64,000 nucleotides of DNA, taken from NCBI GenBank assembly GCA_000091205.1, contig AP006491.2, one strand, 5' to 3'. A model generated the notes under the pieces. The model was not told where the DNA came from and made no database searches. It saw only the letters and a program-made list of their open reading frames with translations. Each line of letters opens with the position of its first letter. The stretch's first letter is position 1. Below are positions 34,136 to 45,290 of the stretch, in pieces. The stretch is from Cyanidioschyzon merolae (Eukaryota). A program made the translations under genes and the position numbers.

Positions 34136-35634
34136 GTCGTTGAAAGCAGCAGCCCCAACTTACGGCAACCAGTTGATCACTTCACGCTGATTCCAGGGAA
34201 CAAAGAGCGACGGCGAGTTTCGTGCGCTTCGCTTCAGACGTAAGCGTCGCTCACACTTTTCCTCGAAGAAAAGAAAAGTGCGCGCGCGCGCTCGACGCTG
34301 CCGTCGGTACCCGCCAAATCTACAGGCTGCGGTCTAGGCGTCGCTGTGAGCGTTTCGCGAAGCGTCTAGGCACGTTCACTGGTGGACGCTCTTACAGGTG
34401 TCGCAGAGAAAAGCACAACCGGAGGACGTCTGACTCGTTTAAGGGACCAAAAATCGCCAGAAAGTTTGGATAGCAACGTCGATGCCATTGCATTCTGCGG
34501 CTGAAGACGCAGGGTGGAACTTCACCGCTGAAGTTCGGTGATGCGTCGACAGCTTCCTCGATATGCGCTCGAGCACGCCTCCTCTGGCGCACTACGGATT
34601 CTGCTCGTGAAAACCTAAAATCGTCATGTTTCCCGAACTCTCTTCTTCTATTCCATTGGTCATGAAAAGGACGTTTGCGTCTATTGCTAGCGCTCTCGAC
34701 GCGACCTGGAAGCAACCGAGTCATCGGAATAGCGTACGACTGGGGCCGTGGCGCGCTGCGGCACCTGCCAGCCAGTGCCGACAGGTCACTCGGTGAACAC
34801 GCACCGGTGGACACGCTAGGCGAGCATCCAGATGGGATTCCATGTTTTACGGGGTCGAAACGAAGGCTCTATTCAGAGAACCCTGAACGCACGACTCGTA
34901 TCGGCAACCAGGGAAGCGGCTACCATGTCACTCCAGCCAATTTGAGTCTCCATATTCACAGTCAGATTTTTCTTCGGGGATCACCGTTCATTCGAGCGAT
35001 CCTTCGAGTGTCGCATTTGTTGTGCGCGTCTGTTGCAGCGCGAAACGCGCTGTTGCTGATGCCCCTCTACAGACAGAATCGCAGTGCCTTACGCCTATGG
35101 GTATCGTCAAAAGGGATGGAAGCACCTGTGCGTACCAGCGGGTTGCGCTCGACATTCGCACTGGATGCAAGTGTCAGAGTGTTTCGTTCATATTCGGACT
35201 AGGTGGAAGCACGTGCGGGCGCTTCGCTCCGAGGTTGTGACGTTGCACGACGAGGCGCCTCCGCCGGTGGCATGGCTGGCGTTCGGCATTTTTCGCGCGG
35301 ATGCCGCTGTTGCTATCGCAGAACCCGCGCCTCGACGCATGCTCAAGTCGAGACCTCGTGAAAGCTTGTTACAGAATCCGTACGTTTAGCGCTATCACGG
35401 ACGAATACGTCGCAGTGCAGGCAGTCGGCTGGCTGTGTGCTGTGCACCAGCTTTGAACGTGGATCATCGGGCAGCGATGCAGTCGAAGGCGCGAATCACG
35501 AGCACGCTCCACTGCGGCAGGTGCTTCATTCACAACCCGAGGGCGCGACAGGAAGCTTGTCACGAGAGCCGTAAAAGCTCAAGAGCGAGCGCTCATGGAT
35601 CTGTGCTGTCACCAGCGACACCGCAGATGATCGC

Positions 35635-36765
35635 TTAAGAATCGCCCTGGACCGACGCAGATCGAGGCCTCTTGCGAGCGTCTCGCATGACGCTCTGGTT
35701 CGAGTTCGCTTGGGGACTGGCTTCGGCTTCGGACTCGAGAATCCGCTTTTCTGTGGAGATGTTGGACGTGGGCGACGTTTTGCCAAGCTGGTCGAAATTC
35801 AGGGCGGGCACTCCAGACGGATCATGAGCGGATGCGTCGCCAGATCGATGCGTTGCGTCGGCTTCGACGCTAACACCAACTTCCTGCAAAAACGACTCCA
35901 TTTCCTGCTCAAGCGAATCTACTTGCGGTTCTGTTTCGTGCCGGTGTGCAACAGCAGCTCGAACAGCTCGCTCGGCAGCGAGACGCGCGATCCGAGCGTC
36001 CTCCCGCAGGGTGCCATTCATCGCAGCGAGTTCCCGCAGCTGTGCTATCTTGAGCGCATTCTCCTCGTCGCGCCGGGGCACAAGGATCTCTTCTTTCAGG
36101 TATTTGGCACAGGCAGCGACTCGCTGTCGAGCGTCCGCACCAACAGCCTCGATACGTGCATGCAAGGCGTCGTCGCCTGCGTCGCGCGAACGTGCGCCTC
36201 GTCCGCGAATCAGGAGTCGACACCGAAATCGCTCCTCAATTCGTTTCTGCGTGACACCTCGCGGTCCAAGCACCAAACCTGCAAAGTTCATATGCGGGTA
36301 TTTGTCGACCGGAAAGTATACTTTCGACTCTGCTCGCGGCGGCGGGCAACCCGGCGGCAACCGAAACTTGGGGTCCAAGGCAAACGCCTCAAAGAGTAGG
36401 TCATCGCGTTCGGCGGCAAGTATGGCGCAAGCTCTTTGGAACGCTGTATTGACTCGACGTCCCGCACGATCATAGACTGGAGCGATAATACTGTCCTTCT
36501 CAACGGGCTCTAGAACTGCTCGAAAGTTGATTCGCTCCTCGCCTCGCAGCAGGCGTCCTATTTGTTCAACACGCTCTCGGATTTGCTGCAGTCGCTCACT
36601 GTTCCGCGGCATTCCCCTAGAGTCTAAAGCTCGCCTCCAGTTCAACCAGTTCCAGGTAGTCTGTGCGTACTGACAACTCCAGACTGGATTTTCGGTGACA
36701 AACGCGGCAGCGACAGCACCAGAACTGCAGGTGCTTGCTGCCAAGAGCGCCCCGACCGCTGCCAC
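35635..36765 (-). CDS. SF1: Splicing factor 1 / branchpoint-binding protein (SF1/BBP), a STAR-family KH-domain protein
   Basis: DRAGRRVNTAFQRACAILAAERDDLLFEAFALDPKFRLPPGCPPPRAESKVYFPVDKYPHMNFAGLVLGPRGVTQKRIEERFRCRLLIRGRGA matches the SF1 region with a QUA2-KH arrangement. I found no CCHC zinc knuckle. Confidence 0.8.
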   Translation of the reverse strand: MAAVGALLAASTCSSGAVAAAFVTENPVWSCQYAQTTWNWLNWRRALDSRGMPRNSERLQQIRERVEQIGRLLRGEERINFRAVLEPVEKDSIIAPVYDRAGRRVNTAFQRACAILAAERDDLLFEAFALDPKFRLPPGCPPPRAESKVYFPVDKYPHMNFAGLVLGPRGVTQKRIEERFRCRLLIRGRGARSRDAGDDALHARIEAVGADARQRVAACAKYLKEEILVPRRDEENALKIAQLRELAAMNGTLREDARIARLAAERAVRAAVAHRHETEPQVDSLEQEMESFLQEVGVSVEADATHRSGDASAHDPSGVPALNFDQLGKTSPTSNISTEKRILESEAEASPQANSNQSVMRDARKRPRSASVQGDS

Positions 36766-37882
36766 CGCTCAGTCCGCAAAACGACTCGAGTCGCGCTCTT
36801 GTCCCCGCCGTATATCCTACGAGAGCACGTCTCGTCTCGGGGTGACGCACCAGCGCCCGTCACGCGGATACCTGTTGCTCGCCGGGTCAAGTGTGGAAAA
36901 CCTGTCGCAGCAACGCCGAAGCCTTGTAACCCTTCGGAGCGCACGCCTCCGCAGTGCGTCATGAGTCACCGGGGCATGGCGAGTGTGCGCGGAGACGCCC
37001 CTGGACCTGGGTTGGGTTCCTGTCGCCGCCGTCGCACTGCAGCGCGTGCCTGGAGTGTACTGTGGTGATTGCTGTCGTAACTGTGCCGAGGGTGTCACTG
37101 CTTCCTCAAGAGATGGGTTATCGGTAAACATGCATGTATTCGCAAAACGCCCTGGTATCCGCTGTGCAACGCATCCAGCAGCAGGCTCTAGATGCGATAC
37201 TAACCTGACGCGCTCATCTGAAAAGCACAGGCATCGCCATAGGTGCAGCAGTCAGCAGCCGGTACTCACCAGACGTCGCACGCACTGCTGGCGTTGTCAC
37301 CGACACTGGACGGCGCCAAGCGCTGCAGCTTTGCAACCCCTGGTTGTTATCTCCCATCTCATTCAGGATAGGTATCCTCGCTGGGGACGTCATTCAGCAT
37401 CGAGTGCCTCGAAGACACGCGGCGCACTGCTCGCCGTGCGTCCACGTTCCTCGAAACGGCAACTTCCTTGACTCCGGATGCAACCGAATCGCTTCCTGTA
37501 CCTCACACATGAATACCAAATAAAAACTGCGTACTGCGACTGCAGCAGTCCAGGGAAATGATGACGTTGCCCGAGACACGCCACGCATGCGTTCTCGCTC
37601 ACCGCTGTGCCATGAGCAGGCGCATTGAGAGGCCCCACACTGCATCCATGCCCGCATCGTGCATGGAATGGCATGCGTGAGGGCATCACACCGCACCAGT
37701 GCCCTCAGCGGATCGAGTCTTTCACTGCGTTGCCTTGAATATCGTCGAAAACTAGTATGCATACATGTACGCACACACACACCCACACGCATATGTACAC
37801 AGCATCTTCGAAGTGTCCTCCTGGAAACCTTGTATTAGGAGCATCCTCTTGATTTGGTGTGCGTGTATCCGTGGCCAGCGCG

Positions 37883-37935
37883 GCACGCATCTGCATGCCG
37901 ACGACGTGTCCAACAGCACGCAGATGCGTGCGATG
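37883..37935. promoter_or_regulatory. Second copy of the palindromic GC-rich motif, about 300 bp upstream of the TPS/TPP gene
   Basis: See the entry at 18859-18910. The inverted arms are gcacgcatctgc / gcagatgcgtgc. Confidence 0.35.
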
Positions 37936-38229
37936 TGACGGCGCGCCGCGCGCACTCCAGCTGCAGCCTCAGACGCCAGCTTCGACTCGGAGCGCTGGTG
38001 CGCAACGCTTTGGAGTTTCGCGTTCATAGGGGGCGCTCTCTGGGGGCACCATCAAGCACGTTTTTGCCCTAGGCTGCTCGTTGAGCACTTCTCCGTGCTA
38101 CCCAAGCAAAGGCTGGTCACAGCTGTGGTGTAAAGGACAAGATTCCAGGCCGACAACGGCCTTCACCTTGTCTCGAGCACAGAAGCAGCGCAAGCAACCC
38201 CTGGTGGTTGGTTACGTTCCTCGCGCACC

Positions 38230-41200
38230 ATGTTTAAGCACCAGAACGTTACGCCGGATGCAGGGGCGGTGTCGCCCCACCGGACTCGGGTCACGTTTCT
38301 GGTTCGTTGCCGACAAGTTGTGGACGCGGCCGGCGAGCAGTTGGTGCTGGTCGGAGATCATCCAGCGCTGGGCAGTTGGGAGCCAGCGCGTGGCGTGCCG
38401 ATGACCCGTCAGGAGCGCTCATCTACCCCGGAGCCGGTATCGACTAGTGCGATAGGTCAGCAGGCGCACGCAACGTTGAGCAGCTCGCAGCAGAGCTCCC
38501 GCGCAGCTTCCTGGTCGTGCGAAGTGGTGCTCGATAACGGCTCGCAACTAAACTACAAGTACTGCATCGTTGCTCGCGACCCAGATTCAGGTGTCATCGA
38601 CCAGAGTCACGAGCCGCGGTTTGAGAGCTTTGAAGGGAACCGCAGGCTGAAAGTGATGGGCATCGCGATGCGCGTTGATGATCACAACTTTGGTGAGCGC
38701 TACGACGCTACCGACGAGTCCCGCATTCGGGTGGACTACGGCAGAGTGTTTGGCGGTTTCGAAGCTCCTCGCCAGTTAGAGGTTCCAAGTCTGGAAGGTG
38801 GCAGTGTAGGCGAGCAGCTGCCGTACAGCGGTGCAAGCTCCCTACTGGGCACGCTGCCACCGTTGACGAATCCGCCCACGCTCATTATCGTGATTTACCG
38901 TCTCCCGGTTATTGCAAAGAGATCGGAGCGGGGCTGGTCGTTTTCCTGGGACGATGATGCACTGTATCTGACTTCGCTGGGACTTCGGCGAGGTCTCGAT
39001 GGAAAAATTCGAATCCTCTGGGTCGGCGTGCTGAACTGCGACGACGAAGTTCCGATCCACGAGCAGTCACACGTTAGTAACACGCTGTATCAGCGCTTCG
39101 GCTGTATACCGGTGTTCCTGCCCACGGAAACCCGAATGAAATTCTACCAGGGCTTTTGCAAGGGCGTCCTGTGGCCGCTCTTTCATATGATCACTGAGAT
39201 TATGGACGAGGAAAAAATGGAAACAAAGAAATTCGATCGAAGCTTGTGGCATGTGTACTGCACCGTGAACCGCAAATTCGCGGATACCGTGGTCGCCGTG
39301 TACCACGAGCACGACCTCATCTGGATCCACGACTACCACCTGATGGTGTTGCCATCGCAGCTGCGACGGAAATTATCCGGAGCCAAAATCGGTTTCTTCC
39401 TACATACGCCCTGGCCGTCAAGCGAAATCTATCGAATGTTGCCGGTGCGCGATGAGCTTCTCCGTGGACTCCTATCATCATCACTCATTGGATTTCATCT
39501 CTTTGACTATGCGCGTCACTTCCTCTCCGCCTGTGTCCGCTTGCTCAACCTGGAGCACGAGTCATCGCGCGGTGCGCTTGCAGTGGAATACTCGGGACGA
39601 CATGTTATGATTCGAGTATCGCACATCGGGGTGGATCCCGACCGCTTTCGTGAACGCCTCGAACATCCCAACGTGCGACAGGCTGCGGAGACCTTGGCCG
39701 GAGATATCCACGATCGCATCGTTCTCTGCGGTATTGATGATCTGGACATTGTTAAGGGTATTGCGCTCAAACTGCAGGCTTTTGAAACGCTCCTCCAAAC
39801 GTACCCAGGCTACCATCGCCGCCTCGTCTTGATGCAAGCAGCGATCCCGAAGGCTGCGCGCGTCAAGCCCTACGTTCGCGACGAGATTCGATCGCTTGTG
39901 GAGCGCATCAACGGCCGCTACGGCAGCGCAGAGTACCGCCCAGTAGTGTACATCGAGCGAGACATCACCTTCGACGAGCGTGTGGCCATGTACAGTCTCG
40001 CGGATGCTATCTTCCTCACGCCGATCCGCGATGGTCTGAATCTGGTTCCCTATGAGTACGTCGTATCGGCGTCCAAGAGCAAGGGTCAGCTGATCCTCAG
40101 CGAGTTCACCGGCTGCTCACGAGCACTTTCTGGAGCAGTTCGCATCAATCCGTGGAATCGAGAAGAGGTTGCCGCTGCGATCGACTCAGTCCTGCAAAAC
40201 AACGACGAAGTGAAACAGCGAAAACACGCCGCTGATTACAGCTATGTGTGTGAACACACAACAGCCACCTGGGCGTACTCCTTTCTGTCGGATTTGGAGC
40301 GGGCCTCGGAGCCCGTTCGGCGACTGACCAGGCTGGGTCTGGGGTATGGTGTAGGTGCCCGCCTGGTCGAGTTCGAAGGCTTCCAGCATGTCTCGCCAGA
40401 GACGCTCTCGAAAGCGATGCGCGAGTCGTCGCATCGCCTCATCCTGCTGGATTACGACGGAACGCTGACCCGCGCCGACCAGCGCCATGCGCGCATGGCG
40501 CACGCCTGGGCGAAACCCTCGGAGACCGTCATGCAATACCTGGAGGCGATTGCGGATAATCCCCAGAATTTCGTAGTCATCATGAGTGGAAGAACCAAAG
40601 AGGTCCTAGAGCAAGCCTTCAAAGACCTTGACAAAGTCGGTCTGGCAGCTGAGCACGGGTTCTACTATCGCTGGAACGGCTCTTGTCCGTGGCAAGAGAG
40701 CAAACCGAATGCGGATTTGTCGTGGATTGAGGTTGCACACGAAATCATGTTATCCTACATGGAGCGTACCGATGGAAGCTATATTGAGCGCAAGACCGCG
40801 GGTCTCGTCTGGCACTACAAGGATGCAGATCCGGAGTTTGGCAGTTGGCAGGCAAGCGAGATGCACGACCATCTGGAGTCGGTGCTCAGCTCACTGGGTG
40901 TCCAGGTAATCTCTGGTAATCGTTGGGTGCAGGTACGACTCCGCGACGTGAACAAGGGCATCATGGTGGAGACCATTCTTCGACACTACACGCATCCGAC
41001 TGACGAGGATCATGCGACGAACGAGGGGTCTGCTATGACAGCAACAACGAGTACGACGACACCTGGTAGTGCTACAGCTGCTGCTACAGCTGCTGGTCAA
41101 GAACCTGGCCAATTGCCGGACTTTGTGCTCTGCTGTGGTGACGATCGCACTGACGAAGACATGTTTACGCGCATTGATCGCGCGTATGAACGATGTCCAC

Positions 41201-41517
41201 CGGCAGTGCGCTCGCGCGTCTTCACCTGTGTCATCGGTGTCAAGCCCAGCAACGCCCACTTCTACATTCGGGATTACGAAGAGATGATGGAGATTTTGGC
41301 GGCACTGGCTACTGCCTCCATGGCGGTGCGCCCGCCACGTTCAGCCACCCTGGAGGATTTTCGTCTTTCGATGGCAGCGGGTTCACCACTGCGTTCGGAT
41401 TTGAGAACCAGCCTGGATAACGATCGCATCGCGCATAGTCTCGACACCAGCGACGATGCGAATACTACTGGAGCAGGTCTTCAGCGACGCTGGGGTCCAG
41501 GACGGCTCGGAGCCTAG
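38230..41517 (+). CDS. Trehalose-6-phosphate synthase / trehalose-6-phosphate phosphatase fusion with an N-terminal CBM20 starch-binding module (CBM20-GT20-TPP)
   Basis: The N-terminal part VTFLVRCRQVVDAAGEQLVLVGDHPALGSWEPARGVPM is CBM20-like. The GT20 core reads LWVGVLNCD...YQGFCKGVLWPLFHM...WIHDYHLMVLPSQLR...GFFLHTPWPSSEIYRMLPVRDELLRGLL...GFHLFDYARHFL. The HAD phosphatase part reads LILLDYDGTLT...VVIMSGR...CCGDDRTDEDMF. The ORF is 1095 aa. Confidence 0.85.
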   Translation: MFKHQNVTPDAGAVSPHRTRVTFLVRCRQVVDAAGEQLVLVGDHPALGSWEPARGVPMTRQERSSTPEPVSTSAIGQQAHATLSSSQQSSRAASWSCEVVLDNGSQLNYKYCIVARDPDSGVIDQSHEPRFESFEGNRRLKVMGIAMRVDDHNFGERYDATDESRIRVDYGRVFGGFEAPRQLEVPSLEGGSVGEQLPYSGASSLLGTLPPLTNPPTLIIVIYRLPVIAKRSERGWSFSWDDDALYLTSLGLRRGLDGKIRILWVGVLNCDDEVPIHEQSHVSNTLYQRFGCIPVFLPTETRMKFYQGFCKGVLWPLFHMITEIMDEEKMETKKFDRSLWHVYCTVNRKFADTVVAVYHEHDLIWIHDYHLMVLPSQLRRKLSGAKIGFFLHTPWPSSEIYRMLPVRDELLRGLLSSSLIGFHLFDYARHFLSACVRLLNLEHESSRGALAVEYSGRHVMIRVSHIGVDPDRFRERLEHPNVRQAAETLAGDIHDRIVLCGIDDLDIVKGIALKLQAFETLLQTYPGYHRRLVLMQAAIPKAARVKPYVRDEIRSLVERINGRYGSAEYRPVVYIERDITFDERVAMYSLADAIFLTPIRDGLNLVPYEYVVSASKSKGQLILSEFTGCSRALSGAVRINPWNREEVAAAIDSVLQNNDEVKQRKHAADYSYVCEHTTATWAYSFLSDLERASEPVRRLTRLGLGYGVGARLVEFEGFQHVSPETLSKAMRESSHRLILLDYDGTLTRADQRHARMAHAWAKPSETVMQYLEAIADNPQNFVVIMSGRTKEVLEQAFKDLDKVGLAAEHGFYYRWNGSCPWQESKPNADLSWIEVAHEIMLSYMERTDGSYIERKTAGLVWHYKDADPEFGSWQASEMHDHLESVLSSLGVQVISGNRWVQVRLRDVNKGIMVETILRHYTHPTDEDHATNEGSAMTATTSTTTPGSATAAATAAGQEPGQLPDFVLCCGDDRTDEDMFTRIDRAYERCPPAVRSRVFTCVIGVKPSNAHFYIRDYEEMMEILAALATASMAVRPPRSATLEDFRLSMAAGSPLRSDLRTSLDNDRIAHSLDTSDDANTTGAGLQRRWGPGRLGA

Positions 41518-42007
41518 TGCACATCTGGAAGCATCGCTACAGCCGTGGCGTCTTATGCGCCACATCAGCGTCGCTGGTGCTAGTGGTACATGGTAAAAGG
41601 CTGTTGCGCCGTTTGGCGCGAACTCACCTGGGCCGATCTGGTACCCTGCTTGGCCCGCGAACGCTCCAAAGCGGCAGTATCCAGAACGCGACACCCGGCC
41701 TCTACAAGCTGGTGGATTCGTGCCGGACTGGTTGTGCACGGGTATCCAGAGGCGCAACACGAGCGTGAGGTGCAGCGGCATCACCCGCGTGGTACGATTT
41801 GAGCAAGTTCTGTCCTTTAAATGTGCCATACGAGAAATAGAGAGACCTTTTTTGCTGTCTTCTAGCATCCAAATGCAGGGGTTTCGTCATTAATGTCCGG
41901 CGTGCTTTCACAAAAGTTCCGTCATGCACCGGCCTTGCGCGCAGTCGTTGCATGTTCAGGGAAAACTGGGGTCCGCTGTCTAGTGACGCATTCCAGCCGC
42001 GGATATC

Positions 42008-45000
42008 TTAGGGTGCCTGTTCGCCAGGGGGCATATCCTGCTGGGGCTCTATAGCCATATCGGTATCTGCAGCGGTATCACCGGGATCAACATCAGCAGC
42101 GGCTGTATCAGGAGCAGCATCAGCGGTATCACCGGTTTCAGTAGCAGGTGTATCAGGAGCAGCATCAGCCGTCTCAACATCAGCAGCAGTGGTATCAGTA
42201 GCAGCTGTATCAGGAGCAGCATCAGTATCGGCGGTATCAGGAGCAGTATCGGGAGACGTTTCCTCTGGACCTGAACCGCTCGCTGACACTTCCAGTGGAT
42301 CCGGAGCAGATTCCATGGCTGGTGCTTCCGCGTCCACACCAGCAGCATTTGAATCACCAGCAGGCTCTGGGGCAGCTTCTGAAACATCTTGTGGTGCACT
42401 GGCCTCCGTCCGAGCATCTGCTGCGGGCGTTCCTGGTGCTGATGCCTCACTAGTCTCCGGCTCGAGCGCAGGAGGCGCGTCCGTAGGCGTCTGCTCCGGT
42501 GCCTGCGCTGACTCCTGCGTGCGCTCATTCTCCACTGATCCAAAAGAGGCACAGTGCTGAACCATTAGGACAGCCGAATACGGTTCCATGTGGAAAGGCA
42601 TCGATACGCAGGTCATCGAGGTTTCGACGTCCTCGGGGAAACCGCTCGCTCCAGCCAGCGCGAAACAGTCCATCGGTGCAGGTGCCGCTGTATTGAAGAG
42701 CACCGCCCAGCCTGACTTGCCGTCGGCAAAACGGGGGGCAGTGATATCGCACGCTTCGTGTGAGGCGTTAAAAGCGATGTAAAGGTGGCGACCTTGCAGT
42801 GCTGGTGCCCGTGCACCACGTATTACAAACGCCAAAAAGTTGTTCGGATTTTCCCAGTTCAGGGGACAAGCGGAGGTGTCCGCCAATGGCTCCTCTGAGC
42901 TCGTGTCATCATCACGCTCGCCTACGGAGCCAAGGGCATTGCAGAGTACCGCTGCCGAGGCGTCCGTGCCACACCAAACAAAGTCGCCGCGAGACTCGGA
43001 GAGAAAGCGGCGCCAAATGGGGGCAGTCAGCTTGCGAAAGTGCACCAGCGTACTCACAAAGCGGAAAAGGGAACGAGCTTCACCGGACTCGGATGCCAAC
43101 GCATTCCAGTGGAGATAATTGAGCTCATTATCCTGACACCACACGTTGGAGTTGCCACGCTGGGTGTGGCCGATTTCATCCCCGCTGCGGATCATAGGGA
43201 CTCGGGCACTGCACAGCAGTATGAGGAAAAAGTTGCGCTCCTGACGACGTCGCAGACGCAGCACGTTCTCATCGTCGGTCTCGCCCTCGACACCACAGTT
43301 CCAGCTGAGATTGTGTTTCTCGCCGTCGCGGTTGTCTTCGCCGTTTGCCCAGTTTTGGGCATCGTTATAGGACACAAGATCGCGGAGGCTCATCCCGTCA
43401 TGGCAGGTGATAAAGTTGATCCCGTACGCGTGGCCGTTCTCCTGGAGACCCCGCCGAATCTCCGCCGGAACATTCCCTCCGTAGATGTCCTCGGAGCCGC
43501 AAATCCGGGTGGCCATCTCTTGGATCATGCCGGTGTCGCCCTTGATGAACTTTCGTACGCAATCGCGGTACTTGCCATTCCAGTCGGACCAGCTGGGTCC
43601 AAATTGTGCGAAATGCCCCACGACGTAAGCGCTGAGGTCCCATGGTTCTGCAATGAAGAGCACGTCTGAGAGGGCGCTATCGTTCTTCAACGCTTGAATG
43701 ACTGCTGGGAATTCCATGAGATCGAAAGGAGGCACCGTGGAGCGGAGAAGGCATGCTGCCAAGTCAAAGCGAAACCCATCGACTTGCATATCGTTTGCCC
43801 AGAAACGCACGCAATCATGAATGACCTCAATGCCTGCCAAAGAGTTGCAAGCGAACGTGTGGCCGCACCCAGAAAAGTTCACATCGTTACCATGATCGTG
43901 CAGATAGTACTCTCGATTCGCGAGTGCCCTAAAGTGGTAGGTCTTCCACGTCTCGGCGGTGTGATTGAAAACAATGTCGAGAATGACGGCGATGCCAGCA
44001 CGGTGCAGTTCGCGTACCATGGTGCGAAACTCATCCAGAACATGGCGGTAGCGGTACGCTCTTGCCCACTTTCGGCGCGCAGCTTCCGAGGTGGCCGCCC
44101 CAATCACCGAGAAACGGTTCATAGGTGCGAAGAATGCAACCGTCGAGTAGCCCCAGTACTGGCAGAGATCTTCCCCAGTGGAAGGGTTCTTCTTCTGCCA
44201 CTCCAGCTCATTGAACTCGAAGATAGGCAAAAACTCGACGCAGTTGATGCCAAGCGCTTTCAAGTACGGAATTTTTTCGATCACCGCGGTAAAGGTTCCT
44301 CGGGGGCTGCGGATATCCTTCGCCATTGCCGTAAACGAGCGCACATGGACCTCGTAGATAACCATGTCGCTGGCTGGTATGTTGGGCTTTCGCACGCCTT
44401 GCCAATCGAATCCGCTCAGGTAGTCGAGTGGAGGTATCACCGCAAAAGGAGTGTACTTATTTTTGCGCTTCTCTCTGGCATGAAAATCATAATACAGCGG
44501 TGAGTCAATGATGCGTGCGAAAGGATCGAGCACTATCTGCGCACCCTTGCCGCGACCTACGCGCCATGCGTACCGGTACCCAGCCAGAAGCGGTTGCACC
44601 GCCACGTGCCAGACTTTACCCATTCGGTTTTTCCGAGGATCAAGGCGCAGCTCGACGCAAGAGTCCAGTGCAAGCACTGCAAACCCACTGCTGTCGTCGT
44701 TAGGCGGCTCGAGGTTCTTGTCGTCGCCGGCTTCAGCGTCTTCGGGAATAGCTTCGAGCGCACCGCTGCCTGCAGCGAGCGCACTTCCCTCGGGATGATA
44801 TATGATCAGAGACATGTGCCGCTGCTCAGTGCTGTAGATCGCAAAGTTGACAGTGTTTGCATCGAGCGGGTGACACCCGTACGGACTCGGTTTGCCTCGG
44901 AGGACGCGGCTAAGCCAGGGCGCTCCAGTGAGCGACTTGCGCGACTCAAGAAGAATCGACGCTGACGACGTCACCCGGCGAATGCGTCGCCCAGTTGATT

Positions 45001-45043
45001 GATCCAGCACTTCATATCCAACCTGTGAAGTCTGGTTCCCCAT
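42008..45043 (-). CDS. Isoamylase-type starch/glycogen debranching enzyme (GH13, with an N-terminal CBM48-like region) carrying a C-terminal acidic Ala/Pro/Thr/Asp-rich repeat tail of about 200 aa
   Basis: GH13 catalytic blocks are present: VDGFRFDLAACL (nucleophile), IAEPWDLSAY (acid/base), ITCHDGMSLRDLVSYND and VIYEVHVRSFT. The tail (…TAPDTADTDAAPDTAATDTTAADVETADAAPDTPATETGDTADAAPDTAAADVDPGDTAADTD…) is encoded by tandem nucleotide repeats of about 33 bp at 42010-42300. The N-terminus MGNQTSQ fits an N-myristoylation consensus. Confidence 0.85.
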   Translation of the reverse strand: MGNQTSQVGYEVLDQSTGRRIRRVTSSASILLESRKSLTGAPWLSRVLRGKPSPYGCHPLDANTVNFAIYSTEQRHMSLIIYHPEGSALAAGSGALEAIPEDAEAGDDKNLEPPNDDSSGFAVLALDSCVELRLDPRKNRMGKVWHVAVQPLLAGYRYAWRVGRGKGAQIVLDPFARIIDSPLYYDFHAREKRKNKYTPFAVIPPLDYLSGFDWQGVRKPNIPASDMVIYEVHVRSFTAMAKDIRSPRGTFTAVIEKIPYLKALGINCVEFLPIFEFNELEWQKKNPSTGEDLCQYWGYSTVAFFAPMNRFSVIGAATSEAARRKWARAYRYRHVLDEFRTMVRELHRAGIAVILDIVFNHTAETWKTYHFRALANREYYLHDHGNDVNFSGCGHTFACNSLAGIEVIHDCVRFWANDMQVDGFRFDLAACLLRSTVPPFDLMEFPAVIQALKNDSALSDVLFIAEPWDLSAYVVGHFAQFGPSWSDWNGKYRDCVRKFIKGDTGMIQEMATRICGSEDIYGGNVPAEIRRGLQENGHAYGINFITCHDGMSLRDLVSYNDAQNWANGEDNRDGEKHNLSWNCGVEGETDDENVLRLRRRQERNFFLILLCSARVPMIRSGDEIGHTQRGNSNVWCQDNELNYLHWNALASESGEARSLFRFVSTLVHFRKLTAPIWRRFLSESRGDFVWCGTDASAAVLCNALGSVGERDDDTSSEEPLADTSACPLNWENPNNFLAFVIRGARAPALQGRHLYIAFNASHEACDITAPRFADGKSGWAVLFNTAAPAPMDCFALAGASGFPEDVETSMTCVSMPFHMEPYSAVLMVQHCASFGSVENERTQESAQAPEQTPTDAPPALEPETSEASAPGTPAADARTEASAPQDVSEAAPEPAGDSNAAGVDAEAPAMESAPDPLEVSASGSGPEETSPDTAPDTADTDAAPDTAATDTTAADVETADAAPDTPATETGDTADAAPDTAAADVDPGDTAADTDMAIEPQQDMPPGEQAP

Positions 45044-45290
45044 GAATCTACCACGTGGTCCAAAAGTGTTCCGAAGAGCGTTTGTAGCGACACCCGCTGT
45101 GCTACGGGAACGGTTAGCTAATGCCCCCCAACCGATAGGCTACGGCAGTGAGGATCGCGGCACCACCAGCAGCAGCAGCCGTTACGCCAAAAAACGCTTA
45201 GCAGATGCTTTACTCGGCGGTCGGCTGTGCGTACGGCGCAGCGCACGTGCACGTGCGGTGCCCGTGAGGCCGTCGAATGCGTCGATTGCG

